Below are positions 1 to 9,337 of a DNA stretch of 64,000 bases, piece after piece (the stretch's first letter is position 1; each line of letters starts with the position of its first letter). Below the pieces are notes generated by a model. The model worked only from the letters and a program-made list of their open reading frames with translations. It was not told where the DNA came from and did no database searches. The position numbers and the translations under genes were made by a program. The DNA is from Chloroflexota bacterium (lineage in GTDB: Bacteria; Chloroflexota; UBA11872; VXOZ01). The stretch spans positions 576,001 to 640,000 of the forward strand of contig CAXXVD010000001.1 in the NCBI GenBank assembly GCA_963662335.2. Direction: 5' to 3'.

Positions 1-590
1 CCGCAGGGGCAGGCCGGGCCCAGGCAGTCGTGCCCGTCGGTGTTCGGCGCCAGTTCCAGGTGGATCTCCGAGCACGGCCCGCAGGGGCCGGCATCGCCGG
101 TCGGCCCCCACCAGTTCTCGATCCAGCCCGGATAGCGCACGATGCGCTCCGGCGGCACGCCGACGGCCAGCCAGGCGCGCTCGGCGTCCTCATCGGGCCC
201 CAGGTCGCCCTCGCCGCCGAATACCGTGGCCCACACCTGCTCTTTCTTGAAGGGAAAACGCTCGGTCACCAGTTGCCAGGCGAACGCGACCGCTTCTTCC
301 TTGAAGTAATCGCCAAAGGCAAAGTTGCCCAGCATCTCGAAGAGCGTCAGGTGCGACTGGTCGCCCACCTCTTCGATGTCGTCGGTGCGCAGGCACTTCT
401 GCACGGTGGCGATGCGCGGGCGCGGCGGCTCGGCCAGGCCAAGGTAGTAGTCCTTGAACTGCTGCATACCGGCGCTTGTCAGCAAGACGCTGGGATCGCC
501 CTGGGGAATGAGCGACGACCCCGGCATGACCAGGTGGTCTTTTTCCGCGAAATAGTCGAGATAGCGTTGGCGGATTTCATCGGTGCGCAC
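1..590 (-). CDS. alaS: Alanine--tRNA ligase, N-terminal part (runs off window start)
   Basis: Manual minus-strand translation from GTG at 590: MRTDEIRQRYLDYFAEKDHLVMPGSSLIPQGDPSVLLTSAGMQQFKDYYLG...QKCLRTDDIEEVGDQSHLTLFEMLGNFAFGDYFK, the canonical AlaRS N-terminus. Absent from the ORF track because it is truncated. Confidence 0.95.
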   Translation of the reverse strand, partial: MRTDEIRQRYLDYFAEKDHLVMPGSSLIPQGDPSVLLTSAGMQQFKDYYLGLAEPPRPRIATVQKCLRTDDIEEVGDQSHLTLFEMLGNFAFGDYFKEEAVAFAWQLVTERFPFKKEQVWATVFGGEGDLGPDEDAERAWLAVGVPPERIVRYPGWIENWWGPTGDAGPCGPCSEIHLELAPNTDGHDCLGPACPC

Positions 591-813
591 GGTATTCAAT
601 GCCTCACAAAGTGCTCAGGAATCGCCGCGTAGCGGCGAGTTTTGGGTAGTAATCCTATTGTAGCGAATGTTGGCGGAATCGGCAGGTTGCAGCGCGGAGG
701 CGAGCATGAACCGTGGGCTTGCGCGGGCGCCTTCTCTTGACACACTGCGTAGCGGCTGTCGTAGCATTGAGGAAATGGGCTTTAGGCCTTAAGGAATTCC
801 TAGAGAGCATACC

Positions 814-1071
814 ATGCGCATCTATGAGACTCAGTTGACCCAGAAGGGCCAAGTGACAATCCCGGCCGGGATACGAGTGCGATTGGGCATCGAGCCGGGA
901 GACGTCGTGCGGTTTGTGGCAACGGCGGAGGGTGTGCGTATGCTTTCTGCGCAATCCCCAGTTGATCGGCACTTTGGCGCGGCGGCGGTCTCGGGCAAGA
1001 CCCTATCGTGGCGTGAAGAACGGGCTGCCTTCGAAGAATGGGTAGCCAACGACGCCGACGTAGAGGCGTGA
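814..1071 (+). CDS. AbrB/MazE/SpoVT-family DNA-binding protein (VapB-like antitoxin)
   Basis: LTQKGQVTIPAGIRVRLGIEPGDVVRF is the swapped-hairpin AbrB signature. Confidence 0.85.
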   Translation: MRIYETQLTQKGQVTIPAGIRVRLGIEPGDVVRFVATAEGVRMLSAQSPVDRHFGAAAVSGKTLSWREERAAFEEWVANDADVEA

Positions 1072-1156
1072 CATGTAGAACGGCCCCGCGCGGACAGCGC
1101 GGTTGCAGTCGGGCCCCACCAGGTCTGCGCAGGTTGAAAACCTACGCTACCGGGAA

Positions 1157-2869
1157 TCAGTCCCGAGGTATCACCGGCAGTGTGATGCGCGAGGGGTGGA
1201 CGGCGTCGTGGAGCACGGTTTGGCGGGCGGTGACCATATTCGCGTCCGCGTAGCCGTCGCCGCCGGTGTTCAGGTTGCGGTCCCAATTGGGGAAATCGCT
1301 GCTGGTTACGTCCAGGCGCAGGCGGTGGCCGGGTTGGAAGACGTTGGCGATGGGGTTCAGGGCAATGGTGAACTCGTAGACCTGTCCCGGCGTGAGCAGT
1401 TGCGGCGCGGCGTAGCCGTTGCGGTAGCGGGCGCGCACGACGCCGTAGCAGAGGTTTTGCGCAAAGCCGTTGGGGTGCACGTCTACGAGTTTTGCCATGA
1501 AGTCGGTATCCACGGCGCTGGAAGCCGCGAACAAGCGCACAGTAGGTTCACCCGTAACCTCCAACGGCGCTGACAGCGGTTCGGTCTGGTAGACCAGCAC
1601 GTCCCGGCGCGAATCCAGTACCCGTTGGTCGAAAACGCCGTCCTGGTCGTGCATCAGGTGCACGGAGGGCACCGGATCGCGGGGATCGTAGACGAATTGA
1701 TCCGGCGTTTCTTCAACTGACCGAGCGGGAGAAAGACTGCCGTCACCCTGGGGCGTCTGCGCGGCGCCGCCGCTGTGCAGGAAGTAGTCGGTGTATTGGG
1801 TACGCGCCAGCGGCCACTCTTGCTCGTCGCGCCAAACGTTGTCACCCAGGATATAGAGCCGGATCGGCCCCTCGTCCATGATGCCGGTCTCGCGGCCCTT
1901 CAGCCAGTAGTCGAACCAGCGCAGCAGCAGGTCGGTCTGCTCCAACTGGCCGTCCGGCCCAAAGTCCAGTTCGCCTTCGTAGGCGTGCAGCGCGCTCGTG
2001 TGCCCCCAGGGGCCGATCATCGCGCGCTGCCCGGCGCGGGCCGCCGGCGTAGCGGCCTGTTGCGCCATCAGGGTATAGCCGTCGATGGCGCGCACGAAGC
2101 GGTCGTACCAACCCGCGCGGTGGAAGACCGGCACGCGCACGTCAGGGTAGCGGTCTTGCCACTGGAAGGTGTCCACACCCGCTTCGGTCATCAGCACACG
2201 GTAGTGCGCCGCCTGCTCAGGGCCGCCGAACTGCTCAGCGGGAATGTCCTTGCGCGGCAGAAACCAGAGCCACTTGTGGCGTTCGCGCTCCCAGAGTTGG
2301 TCCGCCGTCTCCTTGTCGTGCGTGCCGGCCAGGCCTTTCTTGCGGCGAATGTCCGGCGCGATGGTGCACATGGACCAGGCGAAGCGGCGGCCGGGACGGA
2401 AGTGCGGTTCGAAGTCGGTCAACCGCTGGGTCATGCCCTCGGCAAAGACGCAGCGCAGGCTGGGGGCCGCGCTGAACGCGGCGCAATATGAGGTGAAGCC
2501 GCCGTAAGAATTGCCGAAGATGCCCACCTCGCCGGTCGTATCCGGCAGGCGCGCGCACCACTCCACCGAATCGTAGCCGTCCTCGACGTCGGGATAGCCA
2601 AAGGCGAAGAGCGGCGTAAACTCGCCGTCCGAGGCGTAGCGCCCGCGCACGTCCTGCGCCACCACCACGTAGCCGGCCGCGGCCAGGGCTTCTTCGGTCG
2701 GCGACGGGCTGCCGTCCAGCGTGCTCTTGTTATACGGCGTGCGGGTGAGAATAACCGGAAACGGCCCGTCCGCTTGCGGGCGGTAGACGTCCGCGCGGAG
2801 CGTGACGCCGTCGCGCATGGGGACGGCAACGTCTGATTCCATCTGAACGTTGTACGGCGGTGCGGCCAT
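1157..2869 (-). CDS. CocE/NonD family serine hydrolase (S15 peptidase-like)
   Basis: VPMRDGVTLRADVYRP, RTPYNK, QDVRGRYASDG, nucleophile GNSYGG, GWYD, IGPWGH, C-terminal GHRLRLDVTSSDFP. Start placed at ATG 2869. Confidence 0.93.
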   Translation of the reverse strand: MAAPPYNVQMESDVAVPMRDGVTLRADVYRPQADGPFPVILTRTPYNKSTLDGSPSPTEEALAAAGYVVVAQDVRGRYASDGEFTPLFAFGYPDVEDGYDSVEWCARLPDTTGEVGIFGNSYGGFTSYCAAFSAAPSLRCVFAEGMTQRLTDFEPHFRPGRRFAWSMCTIAPDIRRKKGLAGTHDKETADQLWERERHKWLWFLPRKDIPAEQFGGPEQAAHYRVLMTEAGVDTFQWQDRYPDVRVPVFHRAGWYDRFVRAIDGYTLMAQQAATPAARAGQRAMIGPWGHTSALHAYEGELDFGPDGQLEQTDLLLRWFDYWLKGRETGIMDEGPIRLYILGDNVWRDEQEWPLARTQYTDYFLHSGGAAQTPQGDGSLSPARSVEETPDQFVYDPRDPVPSVHLMHDQDGVFDQRVLDSRRDVLVYQTEPLSAPLEVTGEPTVRLFAASSAVDTDFMAKLVDVHPNGFAQNLCYGVVRARYRNGYAAPQLLTPGQVYEFTIALNPIANVFQPGHRLRLDVTSSDFPNWDRNLNTGGDGYADANMVTARQTVLHDAVHPSRITLPVIPRD

Positions 2870-3028
2870 GGGGTGTTTCCTCGCTGCTGAAGGTCGATTG
2901 ACGTGAGCGGCGGCGTGTTTCCGGTTGTTTACCGGGTTCAAGGCTCAATGATATAGTAGATAAGCCTCACGTCCAACCCGCGCACGGCGACTGCCGTCCT
3001 CACCTCCGCGCACTACGCGAGCGCCGCC

Positions 3029-3691
3029 ATGAAGCTTTCTATCCTGATTCCCGTCTACAACGAACGCGATACCATCCGCGCCGTCCTGGAGCGGGTGGAG
3101 GCCGTGCCGCTGGAGAAGGAAATCATCGTCGTGGACGACGGCTCGACGGACGGCACGCGGGAGGCGTTGGAATCGCTGCGGGACGAGCGCTTTCACCTCA
3201 TCTTCCACCCGGAGAACGAGGGCAAGGGCGCGGCCATTCGCACGGCGCTGACGGCGGCAACCGGCGACGTGGTGGTCTTCCAGGACGCCGATCTGGAGTA
3301 CGACCCGGCGGACTTCGCGGCCATGTTGGAACCGATCGCGCGGGGCGAGGCCAAAGTGGTCTACGGCGTGCGTTCCCTGCACCGCCAGGAGTCCATCCGC
3401 CGCCTGGGCAACCTCTTCCTTTCCCAGGTAACGCGGCTGCTCTTCCGCGTGCCGCTGCACGACATGGAGACCTGCTACAAGATGATGGCCAGAGAGGTTG
3501 TGGCGCAGTTTACGCTCGAGTCGACCGGGTTCGAAATGGAGCCGGAAATCACGGCCAAGATCCTCAAGCGAGGCTACACGATCGTGGAAACGCCGATTTC
3601 CTACGCGCCGCGCCGCGAGCGCAAGCTGAACATGTGGACCGACGGCCCGCGTGCCCTCTGGACTCTGCTGAAGTACGCCCTCCTGGGCTAA
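3029..3691 (+). CDS. Glycosyltransferase family 2 (polyprenol-phosphate sugar synthase-like)
   Basis: LSILIPVYNE, VDDGSTDGT, GKGAA, QDADLEYDP, DMETCYK motifs. Confidence 0.93.
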   Translation: MKLSILIPVYNERDTIRAVLERVEAVPLEKEIIVVDDGSTDGTREALESLRDERFHLIFHPENEGKGAAIRTALTAATGDVVVFQDADLEYDPADFAAMLEPIARGEAKVVYGVRSLHRQESIRRLGNLFLSQVTRLLFRVPLHDMETCYKMMAREVVAQFTLESTGFEMEPEITAKILKRGYTIVETPISYAPRRERKLNMWTDGPRALWTLLKYALLG

Positions 3692-3927
3692 GGCCCGCCG
3701 CGCGTCCAGAAGATTGACAATTGCGGCTTGCAACGTGTGGTACACTAATCGGTGGTGGCCCTATTGCTGTCATTCCGAGCGCAGCGAGGAATCTAATGCG
3801 TAACGCGGGGGCTTGTCTCTCGCTCGCATTGGACTTTCAGCGTAGCGCGGGGGCTTGTCCCCCGCCGATGGCCAATAGGGCAGCGCAGCCTGGCCTCACG
3901 ACGATTCTTCAGCGTTAGGGGCGAACC

Positions 3928-5259
3928 ATGACGCGGCGAGAGTTGCTACGCGCGGGAAACGGCCTTGCGGGCGCGGCGGCGGTCTTGCGCGGCGCGCCGT
4001 TGCTGGCGTGCGGCCAGCGCGGCCCGGACGCGCCCACGCCGGTGCCGGAAGACGTCACCGTTACCATGGCCGTGCGCGCCGGCGAGCGGGTGCAAGCGGT
4101 GTTGGAGAAGGCCCTGCCCGCCGTCCGGTACGGCTTTGCGCCCGGCGCCGTCAGCGGGATGCCGACTATCCGGGAGATTCCGATTGTCGCCACGGCCGGG
4201 CGCTCGTTCGCCGCCGGCGTGCGCCAGCGGGCCGCGGCCGGTGAAGCGCCCGACGTGGTCTGGTTCAGCCAGCGCGACGACCTGCCGGCGGTCTTGCGCG
4301 GCGACCTGCTGCGGCCGCTCAACCCGTTTCTCGATAACGACCCCGACAACACGCTCAAGGGCTACCATCCCGAATCGCTGCGCGCCTTGCGGTATTGGGG
4401 GCGGCAGATGGCGTTGCCCGCCGCGCTGGGCACGCTGGCGGTGCGGTGCGACACCGACGCGCTCTTTGCCCGCCACGTCGCGTTGCCGCAATCGCGCTGG
4501 ACGTGGGCTGAGTTTTCCGCCACGGCCGCCGCGCTCACCCACCCCGCGAACGGCGGCACGGTATGGGGCTTTGGCGCCACCGCCTTTCCCGCGTGGCTGC
4601 TCTTCATCGTGGGCGCGGGCGGGCGCGCGGCGGACCTGGACGCCGGCGCAACCGGCCTCGATCAGCCTGATGCCCGGGTGGGCCTGCAATTCTGGCTGGA
4701 CCTCGCCCAGCAACATCATGCGCTGGAGGGCGGCACGCGCCAAACTTTGGAAAGCGTCCTGCAGCGGCGGACGGGCGGATCGCGCGCGCCGCTGCGCTTG
4801 TCGCTCATCAACTGGCAGAATGAAGAACCGGCGTCCTGGCCGTTCGTCTACGTGGGGCCGCCGCGCGGGCCGGCCCAGTCCGTGCCGCTGCTCGTGAGCG
4901 ACATGGTTGGCGTCAGCGCCCAGGGCGGCGATCCGGCGGCGGCCTACGCCGTCGCCAAGCCGCTGGCCGCGCAACTGGGTTCCAACTTGCTGGTGCCGCC
5001 GCGCAACAACGCAATCGAGTTCATCCGCCGTCCCGACCGCAGGCACGCGGACCTGGCGCTGGGACTGGACCGCGCCGACGTGGTGCTGCGCAGCCTCTCC
5101 TATAGCGTGGGCACGACGCTTTCCCTGTATAATGATCTAGGGTTGACGTTGACGGAAGAGATGGCGCTGCCCGCGCTGGGCGGCCGCCTGGCCCCCGCCG
5201 CCGCGTTGGAACGCGGCGCGGCCGTAGTGCGGGAGTGGCTCGGCCCGCCGCCGCGGTAG
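3928..5259 (+). CDS. Extracellular solute-binding lipoprotein (carbohydrate-type ABC SBP), Tat-like signal
   Basis: MTRRELL signal plus LLAC lipobox; APDVVWF, LRPLNPFL, ALP and WTWAEF segments typical of SBP family 1. Confidence 0.75.
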   Translation: MTRRELLRAGNGLAGAAAVLRGAPLLACGQRGPDAPTPVPEDVTVTMAVRAGERVQAVLEKALPAVRYGFAPGAVSGMPTIREIPIVATAGRSFAAGVRQRAAAGEAPDVVWFSQRDDLPAVLRGDLLRPLNPFLDNDPDNTLKGYHPESLRALRYWGRQMALPAALGTLAVRCDTDALFARHVALPQSRWTWAEFSATAAALTHPANGGTVWGFGATAFPAWLLFIVGAGGRAADLDAGATGLDQPDARVGLQFWLDLAQQHHALEGGTRQTLESVLQRRTGGSRAPLRLSLINWQNEEPASWPFVYVGPPRGPAQSVPLLVSDMVGVSAQGGDPAAAYAVAKPLAAQLGSNLLVPPRNNAIEFIRRPDRRHADLALGLDRADVVLRSLSYSVGTTLSLYNDLGLTLTEEMALPALGGRLAPAAALERGAAVVREWLGPPPR

Positions 5260-5403
5260 GCAGGGGCATGGACGAAGAAGACATGTGTGTGAGTCTGGGC
5301 AATTCGCGGTGTAGCCGGACATGAGCGCCAAGAAGCGGGGGACAAGCCCCCGCGCTACGGCTTCGACAAACTCAGGGGCGGGTTTGCGCATAGTGAGGAA
5401 ACG

Positions 5404-6816
5404 ATGACGCGACGTGAGTACATGGGAGCGCTGGCGGCCGTGTGCTGCGGCGCGCTGGCGCTGGCCGCGTGCGGCGGCGGGCCGGGGCGCGCCCCGGCGC
5501 GGCCCGAACTGGAAGGCAAAGCGCCGTTCCAGGATGCGCCGCGCGGCTCCGGCGGCAGCCAGTCGGCCGAGCCGGTCACCCTCACGTTCGCCTTCATGTC
5601 GCGCTTGGCGGGCATCTCTACCCAAGCCAACAATACCATCAGCGCCTGGCACGATGAGCGCATCGACGGCCCCACTCCGCGTTCCCAGTTGGAGGCCGTA
5701 GAGATTCGCCGGCCCAGCGGCAAATCGTGGCGCGACGCCTTTTGGGAGTTCGTGGTGGCGCGGGACGCCGCCGGTGTCCCGCTGGACGTCGCCTGGATGC
5801 ACGCCGCCCTGGATTTCCCCCGCGCCTTCACGCACCAGATTCTCTCACCGCTGGACCGCTACGCCAAGACCGACGAGAGCGAACTCCTCGACTCCTTTGT
5901 GCCGAACGCCCTGCAACTAGCCCGCTACCAGCGCCAGCTCATGGCCGTGCCGGTTGCCGTGCTGCCGGCCATGGTGATGTACAACGGCGCGAAGTTCGAC
6001 GAGTTCAAGGTTGCGCCGCCGCAGACCGGCTGGAATCGCGAGGACTTCGTCTTCACCGCCAAGTCGTTGACCCGCGACCTGGACGGCGACGCGGCCATAG
6101 ATTTCTGGGGGTACGCCGAGTGGAGCGTCCCCGGCTGGCTGCCGTTCGTGCTGCAGGAGGGCGGCGACGCCGTTGACTTGGATACCGGCGCCATCAAGAT
6201 CACCGAGCGGCCGGCGTTGCGCGGCCTGCGCTTCTGGCAAGACATCGGCCGCCGGCACCAGGCGATGCCCCACGGCCCGGACATCGATTCCAATGCCCTG
6301 CGCGGCACCGTGAACGGCCAGCGCTTGCAAGCGGCGATGATCTTTACGCCGTTCTTTGCGCGCCCCCGCGCGGACCGGATGCATGCCGTAATCCCGAAGG
6401 ACGACCGGGGCGGCACGCCGCTGGGTCTGCAAGAGGCGCTGGTGATGCCCGCCGGCAGCCAGTACGGCGACGCGGGCTACGCTACCATGCTCCGCCTCGC
6501 CCATCATATCGGACAGACGCGCTTGGTGCCGGCCGTTGCCGAGGCGCAGGGATTCATTGCCAAACCCACCGGCCAACACTCATCACTGCTCTTGGAGCCG
6601 GCGGCGCGCGACGTGCTGCTGGACCTCCTGGTGCACAGCGTGCCGAGCCACCTGGCAACGGGCACGGTACTAAGCTGGCAGTTCTTTAGCAACCTCACGC
6701 TGCCCCTGGCGCGCGGCCAAATCTCAGTCGAGGAGGCGGCGCAGAACACCCAGGCGGCGATCGAGGAATACCTCACCCCCAAGCCGCCGCCAACGCCGGT
6801 ACCGGAGCAGGCGTAG
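5404..6816 (+). CDS. Extracellular solute-binding lipoprotein, paralog of 3928..5259
   Basis: MTRREY signal plus LAAC lipobox; LSPLDRY, MAVPV, MYNGAKFDEFKV, WNREDF, DLDGD..IDFWG. Confidence 0.78.
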   Translation: MTRREYMGALAAVCCGALALAACGGGPGRAPARPELEGKAPFQDAPRGSGGSQSAEPVTLTFAFMSRLAGISTQANNTISAWHDERIDGPTPRSQLEAVEIRRPSGKSWRDAFWEFVVARDAAGVPLDVAWMHAALDFPRAFTHQILSPLDRYAKTDESELLDSFVPNALQLARYQRQLMAVPVAVLPAMVMYNGAKFDEFKVAPPQTGWNREDFVFTAKSLTRDLDGDAAIDFWGYAEWSVPGWLPFVLQEGGDAVDLDTGAIKITERPALRGLRFWQDIGRRHQAMPHGPDIDSNALRGTVNGQRLQAAMIFTPFFARPRADRMHAVIPKDDRGGTPLGLQEALVMPAGSQYGDAGYATMLRLAHHIGQTRLVPAVAEAQGFIAKPTGQHSSLLLEPAARDVLLDLLVHSVPSHLATGTVLSWQFFSNLTLPLARGQISVEEAAQNTQAAIEEYLTPKPPPTPVPEQA

Positions 6817-6948
6817 CCCCATCGTGGTTGCCGGATGCGGCGCGGGCGTCGGGGCTGTTCATGCTCGCCATTGCGGCGAAGAGGCGGGGGACAAGCCCCC
6901 GCGCTACGAGTTGCCGATCGGCCCTGGATCTGGCGTCGGTGCGGGCGT

Positions 6949-7113
6949 CTAGAATTGGCCCAGCAGGTCGCCAATCGCTTCCAGCGCGTCCTCGATGAAC
7001 CCGCCGCTCAACTCGTAGGCGTAGAGGAAAGCGATGATGAGCGTGGCCACCACGAGGGCGTAGAGGATGAGGCGCAGCAGCGAGCGGTTCCGCGTCCGCG
7101 GGCGAGGTACCAT
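6949..7113 (-). CDS. Small single-pass membrane protein
   Basis: GGAGG upstream of ATG; MVPRPRTRNRSLLRLILYALVVATLIIAFLYAYELSGG has a basic N-terminus and one TM helix; lies directly downstream of the thioesterase. Confidence 0.6.
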   Translation of the reverse strand: MVPRPRTRNRSLLRLILYALVVATLIIAFLYAYELSGGFIEDALEAIGDLLGQF

Positions 7114-7133
7114 GGCTGAATGCGCCTCCTCCG

Positions 7134-7571
7134 TTAGGCGAATGACACGAACTCGGGCTGGCACGCGACGTCTTTCATGCCTTGCCAGAGCGGGTGCGCG
7201 CTGGGCAGGCGCGTGGCCGTGCCCTGGCGCGTGGCGTAGGCGTGGGTGGTTTGGCCGCAAGCCAGCAGACCGGACGCCGCCTCCGGTTCCCGCACGCGGT
7301 AGCCGAACACGACCTTGGCGCGGCTGGCCGCCATGAGCGCCGTGCGCACGCGCAGGGAGGCGTCGTAGCGGGCGGCGGCCAGGAAGCGCGCGCGGCACGC
7401 CACCACCGGCAGGTAGATGCCCTCCGCCTCCAGGTCCCGGTAGCGCAAACCCAACGCGCGCATCAATTCCACTCTGGCTACTTCGAACCACGTGAAGTAA
7501 TGGCCGTGGTACGCCACGCCCATGGCGTCGGTTTCGGCATAGCGAACGCGAATCGGGACGTCAAGTGTCAT
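7134..7571 (-). CDS. Acyl-CoA thioesterase (YbgC/4HBT hot-dog family)
   Basis: IRVRYAETDAMGVAYHGHYFTWFEVAR motif. The start is ATG 7571 inside the longer track ORF. Confidence 0.92.
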   Translation of the reverse strand: MTLDVPIRVRYAETDAMGVAYHGHYFTWFEVARVELMRALGLRYRDLEAEGIYLPVVACRARFLAAARYDASLRVRTALMAASRAKVVFGYRVREPEAASGLLACGQTTHAYATRQGTATRLPSAHPLWQGMKDVACQPEFVSFA

Positions 7572-7686
7572 GCGCTGCGGCTTTACTATTTGGCGGCTGT
7601 GTGCCGCCGGCTCCGGCTGCCGTCCAGTATAGCGCATGAGGCGCGCGCGACCAATGAGCGCCGCCGGCCGTCGAGCAACGCCATCT

Positions 7687-7756
7687 GTCATTCCCGCGAA
7701 AGCGGGAATCCGTATTCTCCCCGGTCGCCCTGGATTCCCGCTTTCGCGGGAATGAC
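7687..7756. repeat. REP doublet, family GTCATTCCCGCGAAAGCGGGAATCC (inverted pair)
   Basis: Inverted copies at 7687-7711 and 7732-7756. Same family at ~13535-13560, 19446-19516, 24655-24680, 30868-30897, 53489-53562, 60685-60757 and ~60987-61001. Confidence 0.9.
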
Positions 7757-7857
7757 GGAAAATGTGCCCGGGAATGACAGAACATGTGCCCGGGAGTGAC
7801 GGATAATGCGCCCGGGAATGATAGAAAGTACGACCGGGAGTGACGGAAAGTGCGCGA
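7748..7857 (+). repeat. Degenerate 22-bp tandem repeat x5
   Basis: Units GGGA(A/G)TGA(C/T)(G/A)GA...CC start at 7748, 7770, 7792, 7814 and 7836. Confidence 0.85.
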
Positions 7858-7886
7858 CGCAGAGAAGTGCTACACTTAAAGGCACT

Positions 7887-9074
7887 ATGCTCACGAATTC
7901 TCTCACACGCACGTCCAAGCCGCAGCGCGTCGTGGTCGCCATGTCCGGCGGCGTCGACTCGTCCGTGGTGGCCGCCATGCTTGCCGAGCAGGGGCACGAG
8001 GTGATCGGCGTCACGCTCAACGTCTGGCAGAAGGGCATGGTGGATACCCGCCTCCACGCCTGCTGCTCCGCCAGCGCCACCCACGACGCCCGGCGGGTGG
8101 CGGACCGCATCGGCATCCCGCACTACTCGCTGAATTTCCGCGAAATCTTCGCGAAGGAAGTGATGGCGCGGTTCGTGGCGTCGTACGCCGCCGGCCGCAC
8201 GCCGAACCCCTGCGTGGACTGCAACCAGTACGTCAAGTTCGCGGCCTTTCTGGAGCGCGCGCGGGCGCTTGACGCCGACTACCTGGCCACCGGCCACTAC
8301 GCGCGCATCGCGCACGATGCCGATTCCGGGCGCTATCGTCTGCTGCGCGCGCTGGATCCACAGAAGGACCAGTCCTACGTGCTCTACATGCTCGGGCAGC
8401 GCCAACTGGCGGGCACGCTCTTTCCCATGGGCGCGCAAACTAAGACGGAAACCCGCGCGTTGGCGCGGCGCTACGGCCTGCACGTGGCCGACAAGCCGGA
8501 CAGCTACGAGATTTGCTTCGTGACCAGCGACAACTACCGCGAGTTCTTGGAGTCGTGGCAGCCCGGCATCGCGGCCGCCGGCCCCATCTGCTACAAGGAC
8601 GGGCGGGTGCTGGGGGAGCACGACGGCATTGTGAACTACACCGTCGGCCAGCGCCGGGGGCTGGGCCTCACCTGGCCCCGGCCGCTCTACGTGATTGCGC
8701 TGGACCCCGAGGGGAACCGGGTATTCGTCGGCGAGCAGGAGGACCTCTACGTCCACGCGCTGGAGGCGATTGACGTGCACTGGACGGCGGATGCGCCGCC
8801 CAGCGAGCCGGCGCCCGTGCATGTGCGCACCCGCTACCGCATGGAGGCGGCGGCGGCAACCGTGGCGCCGGGCGCGGACGGTGAAGCGCGCGTGGAGTTC
8901 GCCCAGCCGATCCGCGCGGTGGCCCCGGGCCAGGCGACGGTCTTCTACCAGGGTGACGAGGTGCTCGGCGGGGGGCGCATCGACCGCGCGCTCAGCCCGG
9001 CGCGGGAAGCGCTGGCGGACGCGGTATCGCCGTTTGCTGCGGCGGCGAGAGATCTCGCCCCGGCGTCGGCGTAG
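7887..9074 (+). CDS. mnmA: tRNA 2-thiouridine(34) synthase MnmA
   Basis: VVVAMSGGVDSS PP-loop, GRTPNPCVDCN, ATGHYA, KDQSY, EICF, YTVGQRRGLG, PGQ. Confidence 0.97.
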   Translation: MLTNSLTRTSKPQRVVVAMSGGVDSSVVAAMLAEQGHEVIGVTLNVWQKGMVDTRLHACCSASATHDARRVADRIGIPHYSLNFREIFAKEVMARFVASYAAGRTPNPCVDCNQYVKFAAFLERARALDADYLATGHYARIAHDADSGRYRLLRALDPQKDQSYVLYMLGQRQLAGTLFPMGAQTKTETRALARRYGLHVADKPDSYEICFVTSDNYREFLESWQPGIAAAGPICYKDGRVLGEHDGIVNYTVGQRRGLGLTWPRPLYVIALDPEGNRVFVGEQEDLYVHALEAIDVHWTADAPPSEPAPVHVRTRYRMEAAAATVAPGADGEARVEFAQPIRAVAPGQATVFYQGDEVLGGGRIDRALSPAREALADAVSPFAAAARDLAPASA

Positions 9075-9337
9075 GATTTAGTTGCTCCTCCGGGGGTGGC
9101 TGCACCGTCGGCGTCGACTCGGGTATCGGCGTTTGCATCGGCCCGCGCTCGCTGACGGCTTCGCGGGCGGAGAGTCTTTCGCGTCCCACATTTTGCCCTG
9201 CTCGCACCCGCGCTACGATAGTTCTACTCACCCCCCAGCCTCCCCACTGATGCAGGCCCTGCGGCTGGCTCAGGACACGTTGCAGCCTGCGCCGGGACTG
9301 GTACCTCACGGAGTCTCGCCCGCGTAGCCGCGCTATA

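Noticed and set aside
30-632. Plus-strand 200-aa ORF and other long track ORFs (e.g. 9224..11533, 14939..17302, 21726..22865, 31036..32520)
   Set aside because: Antisense or alternative-frame shadows of well-supported genes, expected in high-GC DNA.
7748-7857. Possible mini-CRISPR arrays (also 13226-13364)
   Set aside because: Units are contiguous degenerate tandem copies with no unique spacers, and there are no cas genes.
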